Shown piece by piece: positions 1 through 11,200 of a stretch of DNA of 64,000 nt; the stretch's first letter is position 1, and every line of letters begins with the position of its first letter. The notes beneath the pieces are model-generated. The model had not been told where the DNA came from, did not search any database, and worked only from the letters and a program-made list of their open reading frames with translations. The stretch comes from the human T2T-CHM13v2.0 reference genome, Homo sapiens: assembly GCF_009914755.1 (NCBI RefSeq), contig NC_060930.1. One strand, 5' to 3'. Made by a program: the position numbers and the translations under genes.

Positions 1-539
1 TGTTCGTTTGTAGTTACTCTTGGCTCACTTAACAGTTATCAGTCACACATTAATAATAACCTCAAGATAAATTTTGTTGTAAAAATTTGAAGAATATATT
101 TTATATCAGCATCTCTGCCCCATCATCTCTTCCACCTTTTTAAAAATATATATGGCTGGATTTACTTCTGTCATTTTGTTACCTGTTTTTTCTATCTCAA
201 ATGCTTTCTACACACCATGCTCTGTTCCAAATCATGTCAGCTACCTCCAGCAGTGAAGCTGTGGGTTTCAAGGCCAGCCCCACTATGGTACACTATCCAT
301 GTGGACCCAGCTAGAAGAGTAGATGAGGGTAGTAGCTTCATGCCAGAATTCTACTTTCTGTCTCTGTTAACTGATGTTCTTCAGTTTTTGGTGAGTCTAT
401 ACTTCTCAATTTGTTGTTTGCTATCATTGATTTCTAGAGCCCTGAATGACTTTTCTGAGAATTTAATCTAGTTGCATAGCTATTTTTATTTTAAAATTAT
501 TTTTAATTTTTTTCAGACAATTATGATATATTTATAGGT

Positions 540-810
540 AAAAAAAGTTTAGAAAAAGCCATATATAGTATGATCCTGAAACTGTAATGACTTGTGTATA
601 CTTATATACATCCATGTACATACATGCATATACACATATAGTAATTGTTATAGGTATGCATAGAAAGATGACAGAAAGACATCCAGCAAAGTGTTAATAC
701 TAATTATCTCTGGATCATGGAATTATGGTAATGTTTTTCTCTTTGATGATACTCTCTACTTTCAAATTTTTCACAATGTAAATTTAATACTTATGTACTC
801 AGGGTAAAAT
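540..810 (+). mobile_element. Old L1ME-type 3' UTR remnant
   Basis: Degenerate match to an L1ME 3' end (tatagtatgatcc...gtgttaatactaattatctctgg...tttcaaatttttcacaatg); recalled consensus, approximate bounds. Confidence 0.55.
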
Positions 811-813
811 ATT

Positions 814-1580
814 GAGAAATGCAAATCAAAACCACAATGCTATACCATCTCACACCAGTTAGAATGGCGATCATTAGAAAGTCAGGAAACAACAGGTGCT
901 GGAGAGGATGTGGAGAAATAGGAACACTTTTACACTGTTGGTGGGACTGTAAACTAGTTCAACCATTGTGGAAGTCAGTGTGGCGATTCCTCAGGGATCT
1001 AGAACTAGAAATACCATTTGACCCAGCCATCCCATTACTGGGTATATACCCAAAGGATTATAAATCATCCTGCTATAAAGACACATGCACATATATGTTT
1101 ATAGCGGCACTATTCACAATAGCAAAGACTTGGAACCAACCTAAATGTCCAACAACGATAGACTGGATTAAGAAAATGTGGCACATATACACCATGGAAT
1201 ACTATGCAGCCATAAAAAATGATGAGTTCATGTCCTTTGTAGGGACATGGATGAAACCGGAAACCATCATTCTTAGCAAACTATCGCAAGGACAAAAAAA
1301 CAAACACCGCATGTTCTCACTCATAGGTGGGAATTGAACAATGAGAACACATGGACACAGGAAGGGGAACATCACACACCGGGAACTGTTGTGGGGTGGG
1401 GGAGGTGGGAGGGATAGCATTAGGAGATATACCTAATGCTAAATGACGAGTTAATGGGTGCAGCACACCAACATGGCACATGTATACATATGTAACAAAC
1501 CTGCACGTTGTGCACATGTACCCTAAAACTTAAAGTATAATAATAATAAAATTTAAAAAAAATAAAAATAAAACAAACAA
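814..1580 (+). mobile_element. 5'-truncated L1PA (L1PA4-like): ORF2 C-terminus, 3' UTR and poly(A)
   Basis: ORF 819-1337 is the L1 ORF2 C-terminus ([18 protein letters not shown]...[13 protein letters not shown]...MFSLIGGN); G-rich 3' UTR, ccctaaaacttaaagtataat and an A-rich tail follow. Confidence 0.97.
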
Positions 1581-1582
1581 AA

Positions 1583-1630
1583 TTCAACTTTTATTTTAGA
1601 TACAAGGGGCACATATGCATATTTGATACT
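1583..1630 (-). mobile_element. Short antisense 3'-end stub of an older L1PA/L1PB
   Basis: caacttttattttagatacaaggggcacatatgca resembles the reverse complement of an L1PA15-16/L1PB terminus. Confidence 0.5.
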
Positions 1631-1865
1631 GAGATTTTCATTGGTGAGCTTCAGTCAAATAAAAAATTATTACCTTATTCAGAGCAAAAATTTGGGCAAA
1701 GCAAAATCGACAGCAAGCGTGTGCACAAGAAGGTATCTGTATATTTATTTCTAACTATAAGAGCCTCCTACACCTACTTATCAGTTAATTATTAAATACA
1801 TTTGTAGAACATGCATTGGCAAAAGACTGGAAACAGTATTTTATGTTTTCAGCAAATTGGGAAAC

Positions 1866-2588
1866 TGACACTATTGATAAAATTACTTTTCTGTCTATCA
1901 TTGAAAGGCATGGAAATGTGATTTTTAACTTTGGAGGGCTTTGTTATCTAAAACTGTCTAACCATATTTAACCTGTCAGAAGAGAGCCAATGCTGTTTTG
2001 CATACTAAAACTGCCAGTCCCTATTTGGAATATCTTTCATGCGTCTCTGCATCTTGTGTTGTGAAATCATGGTGATGGCACATGATTAGAACTGTCAAAG
2101 TCTTATGTGTTCTTTTGAATTTATAATTTACCCTTTTTAACTTGACAGGTGATTATTTTTTTCATATCTTTAAGACACTGATGAAAATATTTATATATTA
2201 ACAAATTCCCACATTTCCCCACACTTTTTACAAATCATGGGTACACAAAAGTGACACTGTGTTTGAAGTCACACATCATAGCATTTGATTCATCTTTTTT
2301 CAGTCCTTAGCCTTGACAGGTGCTGATGATTTGCTTCCTATCTTAGTAACTGCTGTAAGCTGTCACATCTACTTCCAATTAATACATATCTGTTACAGTC
2401 CAGCAGCTCTAACAAATGCAAAACTACAAAATATTTCTTCAACTTTTACTAACCAGGTGTTGCCATGGTATCTAGTTTAGCAGGCATAGACATGTGGCCT
2501 GTTTCTGACAAGTATATTGTCAATCATTAGACCTACATATTTTACTCATTGACAAGAGCCTTCCATGAAATAATAGAACTTTGACTCA
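1866..2588. promoter_or_regulatory. Candidate enhancer: TGACAG (MEIS/TGIF/PKNOX) cluster, RFX X-box and AP-1 site
   Basis: 10 TGACA/TGTCA cores (5 full TGACAG), GTTGCCATGGTATC at 2459-2472 and TGACTCA at 2582-2588, in apparently repeat-free DNA. Confidence 0.45.
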
Positions 2589-3679
2589 CAATGTAACTCA
2601 TTGAAAAGATACATAAAAGAAGTTAGTAAACATTTTATATGACTCTATACTGATTGATATTAATGCAAGTTGATTTTTTTGTGATTCCTTCTTCAAGTTC
2701 CAGCTTGAAAACTTGGCTTTCAGGAATATCTTTCAAGTTTTCATAAATTCCAAATGTATGTCACTTCATCTTTATTTGAGAACACTAAAATGCTAAATTT
2801 ATTGAACTTTTAACAGCATATACTAAATTCTAACTAAAAAATTACTAAAAATAGCTTAGAGAAGAACATTTTATTATTTTGTCAGATTTTAAATTAATAT
2901 TAATATTTCTGGAAAGACTACATATCTACATCTATATCTGTAACTGTTTATCTTAAATATTTTTAAATTAGCAGATTACCTTTTATAAAAGCTCTTAAAC
3001 AATATTTAGTGATGGCCTATGTTACTCATATCCAATTAAGCTGTTTAAAATTCTAATGAAGAAGCTTAGGAAAAATGTTAAACTAAATTTAGTAAAGATG
3101 ACATCCTCAGTTTTGATGTGAAATAATTATTTCTTTTAAATTGTAAATTGTACTTAAATGACACTGGGATCTAGAGTAGACAGCCTTCTTAGTACATAGT
3201 GTATATAAGCAAAAGATAAATATAAAGCTATTTAGTTCTGAGAACAAGAGAACCTCAGTTTGATGGATATCACAATATTAATTAAATTTTTCCTTCCATT
3301 GTGTCAGAATCAGCAGATAAGCATAACTGGTTCGGCAAGAGAATGGAATATGAACAAGTTGCTGACTGTTACTGTGCTTAGGAAAGTGAGGCTTGGGAAG
3401 ATAATGTCTGCCTGAGTGTCTGTATTATTCCATAATTGATAATATTTGCTTAAACAAATGAAATAGAGAGGAAGAAAAAAACTAAACACTAACAGAAAGA
3501 AGACAGAGGAGGAAAAGGTCATATGATTTAGAATATGAGTATAGATTGCTTTAATTGAATCAGAAAAAAAAATGTGATACTAAAGTTTTGTGATGCCAGA
3601 AACCTTTTTAATACTTAGGTTATAAAACGAAGTGCATTCTACTCAAGTGGTGTGCCGGTTTACAATGCTCATACAATCA

Positions 3680-4210
3680 TCATATGCATTCACTCATTTT
3701 TTTCATAAATAATTCAAGTCACTACTATGCCTAAATCCTGCGTTCAACACTGGCTGAACAGTGGCAGCAACATATAAATAACAACTCTATTCATTCACTC
3801 AGCAGATAGTATTTCTTGACTTCTGTTCTAAGGATTTTGGATATATTAGTGAATGAAACTTAAAAAGCTTTATATCCTCACTCAGTTTATATATATTCTA
3901 ATATGGTAACATAAACCATAATCACCCTAATAAAAAGTAAATAATATTGGATATAAGCCAGCAATACATGTTATGAGACAAAAAGGGTGAGAAGCAGTCA
4001 GATTCAAGGTACTATGCACAGAATGTTCACTGCATTTATGGGAAGGTATGATAGAGTGAAAGAAGGAGAGAGAGGGGGGACTCAAGAATGAGTGCAAGGA
4101 TTTTGAATGAAACACCTATAGAGATGCTGCTTCCATCAACTAAGATGGAAGTATCTGCAAATAAGAAATGGTTGTGGTAACCATGAGTTCAGTTTTAGAT
4201 ACACTGAAGC

Positions 4211-4251
<41 letters not shown>

Positions 4252-4465
4252 CACAGACACATGCGTATATATACCCCATACATATACAAGTGGAGACGTT
4301 CTGTAGGCAATAAGATATATGAGGCTGAAAGTTAGAAAGAGATATTCAGAGATCTAAATTTGAGGGTTAACAGCATATACGTGCTATTTAGAGTCATAAG
4401 ATTGAATGAGTTTACCAAGTGGATATAGATACAACAAAGAAGAGGACAAGGGTTAAACCCAGGTA
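3680..4465 (-). mobile_element. L2 remnants (antisense)
   Basis: cattcactcatt/tcattcactcagc L2 tail motifs and gagttcagttttagatac...atttgagggttaacagcatatacgtgctattta L2 body. Confidence 0.7.
4218..4250. repeat. (CA)n microsatellite
   Basis: Perfect CA run. Confidence 0.98.
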
Positions 4466-4514
4466 ATGAATACATACTATAAAATGTATATATGTATGTA
4501 TGTATGTGTTATTT

Positions 4515-4519
<5 letters not shown>

Positions 4520-4554
<35 letters not shown>
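4520..4554. repeat. (TG)n microsatellite
   Basis: Perfect TG run; part of an inverted copy of 4179-4256. Confidence 0.98.
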
Positions 4555-4560
<6 letters not shown>

Positions 4561-5707
4561 CCTGTTTCAATGTATCTAAGATAGAACTCCTGCTGGTTCA
4601 ATTCATATATATGTATGAATGAAGACAGAGAGAGAGAGCAAACACAAATAGCATATATCATGTATAAGACATTGAGTAGGGGTTAAAGTAACAAGCAAAT
4701 AGCATGTAAGTTTCTCTTGAACCAAAAATAGAAATGTTTAAGTAATAAACTCTTCCATTAGTCATAAGACTACAGAATCCTATATGGCACAATATAAGAA
4801 AATACTTCATTTTTCAAATTAGAAATTGCTTAAAAACAGACAAACTAAATGTATAATTTTAGAGATATAAATAGTACTTAATATCTATTGGCAATATTTA
4901 ATAAATTAATATTTTACATAACAATATTTCAAATCATATATAAAATAAGATTCATTAAAAAATAGCAGCACTTATTTTTTATGAAATACTTAAGAAGTTG
5001 CAAGGGCATTTTTGACATTGTATCCACATTCTGGTTATTTTCTAAGTGATCTGATGTATTGTTCTCAGGAATCTTGTTTTAGGAAACTGAAAATATCTGA
5101 TGCTTGAGAATCCCCTATTTTCTGTTTATTGTCAAAAAGATTTTCAAGAAAAGTCCCTTTCAGTTGTACTTATTATGAGCAGAAATATGGCCCTCTGGGA
5201 CATCATTCTGCCTTTGAGGAGTTGGTGTAACACTAACAGATGTGGATGTGTATTCTTGATTTAGCATTAATGATAGTTATAGGAATAAATATTTATTATT
5301 GTGTTATGGTTAGTATATGGTTGTTAATATAGATAGCATGAAAATAGACAAATACTTCCTAAATTTGTGTAGCGATAGAAGTAAATAAAGTTACATCATA
5401 ATTTTTTTCCTACCTAAGTCAATTGAAGTTGTGTGATTTATAATTCATGTTAAGAGGTACATTGACAATTAATCATAAAAAATGATTTTTTTAATCTTAG
5501 GGAACCACTACTTTAAAGACATAAAAACACAAAATCTAATTTTAAATTGTTTAATCATTTAAACATTTTTTGGAAATTGTGCTTTTCCCTATATAAATGT
5601 CACTTATAAATGGCTAATGGGTATTATTTACCTGTCTTTACAGTACAGTTATATCAATTTCAGTTTACCGTTGAGATATATATATATATATGTGTATATA
5701 TATATGC

Positions 5708-6028
5708 TTTTGAGACAAGATTTTATTATGTTGCTCAGTCTAGATTGCAGTGAGTGATCATAGTTCACTTCAGCCTTGAACACCTGGGCTCAAGTGATCC
5801 TTCTGTTTCAGCCACTTGAGTAGCAGGGACTAAAGGTATGTGCCACCATGCCCAGCTAATTTTTAAGATTTTTTTGTAGAGATGTGGTCTTGCTATGTTA
5901 CCCATGCTAGTCTTGAATTCCTGGCTTCAAATATCTTCCCACCTGGGCCTCCTGCCTCAGCCTCCTGAATAGCTAGGACTACAGAGAAAGATCACCACTC
6001 TCAACTGTTTTTTTCTTTTTTCTTTCTT

Positions 6029-6070
<42 letters not shown>

Positions 6071-6172
6071 TAGAGACAATGTCTTGCCATGTTGCCCAGG
6101 CTGGCTTCAAGCAATCCTCCAACCTTGGTCCCTTAAAGCTCTGGGATTACAGATGTGAGCCAATGCACCTTG
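5708..6172 (-). mobile_element. Chimeric or partially duplicated AluJ
   Basis: AluJ diagnostics (ctcaagtgatcc, tagttcact); order is right arm, linker, partial left arm, partial right arm, long T run, left arm. Confidence 0.9.
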
Positions 6173-6387
6173 TGAGGAATGTCTCTTAAACTATTCCATA
6201 AGCTATTAAAGGATATATAGATGCTAAACATTATTATTATTCGTAGGTTATTCTTATCTATGCATCCACACCATAAGAAAAATAGCTTAGAGTGTTTATT
6301 CCACATACTAATTTTGTGTATTTTGTTATTTGTTATTTTGAGAATCATGCTGTATCTTGAAAATCATGAGTTACAATGAAACAGGCA

Positions 6388-6620
6388 ATTTGATAAAATA
6401 GAAAAAACACTGGCTCTGTGTAAAAAGGACTTGCATTTTATTCTTGGCTTTACTAAATACCAGCATGGGCTTTGGCATGTTTCTTACTTTTTGTTTATAT
6501 TCTAATTTGTGAAATAAAGAAAATTATGTCTTTTTAACGAAATAATTATCAAACTAGTTTTTGCTAAGATGTTGTTAAAAATTCAAATAGTCTGTTTAAA
6601 GGTTGTGAAACATACTAAGG
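6388..6620 (+). mobile_element. MIR remnant
   Basis: gaaaaaacactggctctg...ggctttactaaataccagc...tttgtgaaataaag resembles the MIR core. Confidence 0.6.
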
Positions 6621-6726
6621 CTGAAATAAGTAAGAACTAACTTATCCTACTATGTTATTGCTTTCTCCCATGCCCCTAACGTCCTTTCTATTTTACTCAG
6701 CTTAAATTATATCATCAAACATTTAC

Positions 6727-6883
6727 ATCTCTCTCTACATATATATACATGTGTGTATGTATATATACATACACACACATACATAAACATGTATGCACAT
6801 ATAGTGTATACACATATATATACACACACACACTATATATATATACACACACTATATATATACATATATCTATATATATATAC
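6727..6883. repeat. TA/CA-rich low-complexity simple repeat
   Basis: Mixed tata/caca dinucleotide runs. Confidence 0.9.
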
Positions 6884-7369
6884 AGTTCTCTTGGTTGGTT
6901 CTCTTTTACTTTCAAAAACTAGTCAAAATTAAAATTCTAACTAACATACATTTTCCATCTATTCTACATGTATGCAACTGATTGAGGCTAGAAAAATAAA
7001 TATACTATGTACGCTGTGCTCATTTTAAATTCATGACAACAAACTTCAAGAAGGCATTTAATGTGGCTGGAAAATCATACTGTTTCCCAAGTCCTCTTTT
7101 ACATTTTTCTATGGAGGTATTCTATATAACCTTCCTGACACCATATTCTCTATCCTCAGTCTCAGCAAATGCTCTTGCTTTATACTTCTATTCACTGCTA
7201 CTTGTCTTGTTGTTAACTATTTATGCACCTGTTTACAATAGCCCCTTCTTTGTGTATTAATTTCCACTATCTCTTACTCAAAGATATGGTTACAACGTTT
7301 CTTTCCCCACCCACCAAGATCCTCATTGCCTCCCTGTGTAAGAATTATTTTCATCAATGTACAAATATC

Positions 7370-7425
7370 AAATGGGAGTGATAAACTGCAGTAAATGCTA
7401 CTGAAAGCTAAAGTAAGATAAGGAT
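7370..7425 (-). repeat. 56-bp inverted copy of 7682-7737 flanked by a 12-bp direct repeat
   Basis: 54/56 identity to the reverse complement of 7682-7737; ATGTACAAATAT at 7357-7368 and 7424-7435. Confidence 0.95.
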
Positions 7426-7873
7426 GTACAAATATTCTATTTCTGCTTTTATTTAAAAAGTCCTTCTTGAACCTATTTACTCTTTAGGTATTTTCTCATT
7501 TATTTGTTGCACTTCACAGCAAATTTCTGAAAATAATTTTTCATGTTTCATGTCTCTAACTACCCTTGTCCCCTTTTCTCTTAAAATTACCCTAACTAAC
7601 ATTTTGCTCCCTTTACGTTATTGAAATCACTCATCACAATCACCAAGGCTCTCATGTTAAATTCAATAGTCAAAAAATTTAATCCTTATCTTACTTTAGT
7701 TTTCAGTAGCATTTGCTGCAGTTTATCACTCCCATTTAAAAATGAGAGTAATTTAGCACTAGTTGGCTATAGTTTTATCATCTGGTCTGAGATTCTATAA
7801 TCTCTTTATTTTTCTTTTATGTAATTGGTCCCCTCTTTTTAGTCCCTTTTGCTTCAAACTCTCCAAACATCAG

Positions 7874-8258
7874 TATATTAGTCTGTTTTCACACTGGTAT
7901 AAGGAACTCCCCGAGACTAGGTAAATTTTAAAGAAAAAAGATTTAATTGACTCAAAGTTCTGCATGGCTGGGGAGGCCCCAGGAAACTTACAATCATGGT
8001 GGAAGGGGAAACTGACATCTTCTTTACAAGTTGGCAGGAGAGTGAGCGAGAGAGCGGGAAAAAACTACCATTCATAAAACCATCAGATCTTGTGAGAACT
8101 CACTCACTGTAAGGAAAACCACATGGAGGAAACCACCCCCATAATCCAATCACTTCCCTCCCTCGTCACATGGGGATCACTGGTCCTTCCCTCAACACGT
8201 GAGGTTTACAATTCAAGATGAGATTTGGGGGGTGGGGACACAGAGCCAAACAATATCA
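7874..8258 (-). mobile_element. THE1D-like MaLR solo LTR
   Basis: tattagtctgttttcacactg...ttaattgactca...aaaccatcagatcttgtgagaactcact...gggacacagagccaaacaatatca. Confidence 0.9.
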
Positions 8259-11200
8259 GAGTGCCCTAAGATTCAATCCCTGAACATTTATTCACCACCT
8301 TCATTATTAATTTAATGAATTCATTCTTTATTATTTAATGCCTTATGGCTTTAAACAACAGTTCTCAAACCTCAACTTTCATATTTGTACCTCCCACCTG
8401 AATTACAAACTCTCCCCTGAATTCCAAACACTTATATCTAACTTCACATCTCCTGCTTAAGATCCTCAAATGACTTTCAAACTCAACATATGCCAAAGAA
8501 AATTTCTGAACTTCCTGTTCAAACCTTCACTACTTACATATTCTCTAATTCAGTGCCAAATTCACCCTACAATTTCCTGTGGTGCCAATTCTTGGATTCA
8601 TTATTTTTCTCTTATTCTCTCACAGTTTTATTTTCAACCCCTCAGGAATCCCATTGACTCTACTTCAAGAATCTAATCACCATTCATTAGCTGCCTTGCT
8701 TCCACTCCAGTTTAAGTTATCTTTCATATGAAACATTATATATCAACCTGAATACGTAGTTTACTGTTGGTATGGAGCCTGGGTCATCTTATTAAATATA
8801 TGTCAAATTGTATTATTCTCTGTTCAAAAGCATGTAGCTCTTTATTTCTTCAGTAGTTATTTCTCTGAGGATAAAAGCCAAATACTTAAAATTAGTCAAT
8901 AAAGCCCTAAACAGTATGATACCTCATCCAATTTCCTTTCCTCTTCATGCCTCCCCACTATCTCTGTCCCAGCTACCTCCTTGATTTTTAAACATGCCAG
9001 AAATGCTCCCTCTGCCTGGAGAATTGCTGCTATCAGCACTGCTCACTCCTTTACATCCTTCAGGTAGTAGAGGAAATTTTATTTTCTCAATAATGCCTAC
9101 CTAGATTATATTAACAAAATTTCAAACCTCTCTCAACTCCCTGGAACACTCCCAAACCTCTTCAGATTATTTTCTTTTCCATAGCACTTACAGTTTCTCA
9201 CATACATAATTTATTTACTATATTTATTGTTTATTTTATATATTCTCCCACTAGAGTGTAAGTTTCACATACACAGATTTTCTTTTAGTTATTTTGTTCG
9301 CTCATGCCTAGACCTGTATCTAGTAAGTGTTTAACACATATTTATTAAGTTAATGAATCATTGACATGACTGTTATTACAGTTGAGAGAACAGACACAGA
9401 AAAAATAATTAACTTTCCCGTGATAATTCCAATAGTATGTAACACATATGGGATTGTGATTGCAAGCAATTATGTTACTACATCTCATGTCGTTAACTAC
9501 TTCACTATATTTGTAAGTAAAATGTAAGTGTTTGTAAGTGAAGTATTTATTACTTATTTATTATTTATAAGATTATTACTTACAAATTTCAATCATTTGC
9601 ATCTATGCTCTGCTACATCGTCATCTCACACTATTACACTAAGCACCTGATTTTCTCCATCTGCTCCAAATAATAAAACCTGTAAGAGTATATTTGGGGA
9701 TTGAATATAAGTGATGACATATTCTTTGAACAAATATTAATAACACTGTTTATCTACATCGCAACCAGGCAGCTTGTATCTGTAAGTAAGATTACTTTTG
9801 CATATCAAGAATTTTATGTGTTTCTGAGTCCTTGAATCCTCATTATACTTCAGCAATCTCTGTCTAATATAAGAATATATCATTTATCCTATAATGTGAA
9901 GTTCTACACATCTTTTAAAACCATCCTAAATGCCAGTTGTTTAAAGTCTTTCTTACTTGTCGCAACTGGAAACAGTCCCTCTCATTGTTGAAGTCCCCTA
10001 ACACTTTTATTTATTGAAAGACTATTTTTATTTGCATTGCATTTAATTTTAAAAAGTGTGTCTGTATACCCATAGCAGATCATCAGTCATTTGATAGCAG
10101 ATGTTTATTTTTGTTCCCCACGGCACCTAATATTATATTTAATTTAAATTAGGACTTTAATAAATATTTGTTGAATTGATTGCATTTAGAAAAGAAATAA
10201 GCTCTAATTGTGTGGTAAATTAAGAAAAATGAGCTTCTTTATTTTTAAAATGATTATCATGGTCATCTGTTCTCTGCAATATACCCCTCAACCAATTAAG
10301 AAGCAAGCCTATGTAACTGAGCAATTCTACATGGAGCAAGTACTGGATCTAATCAAATATTTGAAGGAAGATTTTTGTCCTGCTTGTTATGAGAAGAGAA
10401 TCATAAATGAGCCATAGGATGCCCTGGGCTTTATATCAGAATCTCAGTGTTTTTTTTTTTTTTTTTTCGGTTGTTTTAGAGAAGCTTGAGAAATCTCTCC
10501 CTTGGTCGGAAATCTTTAAAATCACCTGTACCTTTGCAGTTTTTACACCATGCATAAGATAGGATTTTTCAGGGACAAATAACATTCTAAATTCATTAAG
10601 CTCGGAAGTAGTTTAATTCTTCTTTTTAGAATTATTAAAGTCTTATATGTTTTTTAAAGCTAATTTTTAAACTTTAGCAGTCAAATAAAATTTTGAAGTC
10701 TTAATAACATACTGCTTTATTTGCTGTATTATTAGCTTTATGATTGTGTGTGTGGGGGGGGGTGTGCATGTGCTTGTGTGTGGGAGTGAAAGACTGTTCT
10801 TCAGGCCTGCATTAGAAAATTCTGCTTAGACTATTACTTTTAAAGTGCTCAAGTACATTCCTCACAAAAATTTAATGGAAAAATTACTGTGAATTTGAAT
10901 ACATATTTTCAACTACAAAAGTGATACATTATCATTTTAACCAAAAATTTTCCATAAGCATTTAGATGCCAACTATAGTAAGCATTTATTTTTGTCTGAT
11001 ATTCTCAAATCTGAATGTCACAAAAATGGGAGTGTTGTATGTTTTCTGTTATACCTTTTATTTTGAGGACATATGTGATCAGAATTCTAAAACACTCCTG
11101 AAGTGAACAAAATACAATTATGAAATAGAGAATTAAATGCAAGAAAATGTAAACTGTTATTCTCAATGATAAGATTCTTCAAATTCAAATGATATGCTGA

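Larger units (their letters stand above)
7000..9358 (+). mobile_element. L2 (L2a-like), interrupted by a THE1D LTR
   Basis: L2 body motifs (cagtagcatttg...tcactcc; ctcaacatatgccaaa; tctcccactagagtgtaagtt) ending in atttattaagttaatgaat. Confidence 0.8.

Noticed and set aside
819-1337. 172-aa ORF (and the 200-aa ORF at 59108-59710) as genes
   Set aside because: Both are C-terminal fragments of L1 ORF2 in 5'-truncated, promoterless copies
9510-9545. Three GTAAGT donor-like motifs in a row
   Set aside because: Short tandem repeat with poor exonic context and no upstream acceptor
10208-10417. Protein-like ORF (…EQVLDLIKYLKEDFCPACYEKR…)
   Set aside because: Non-ATG start, no convincing flanking splice sites and no family recognised
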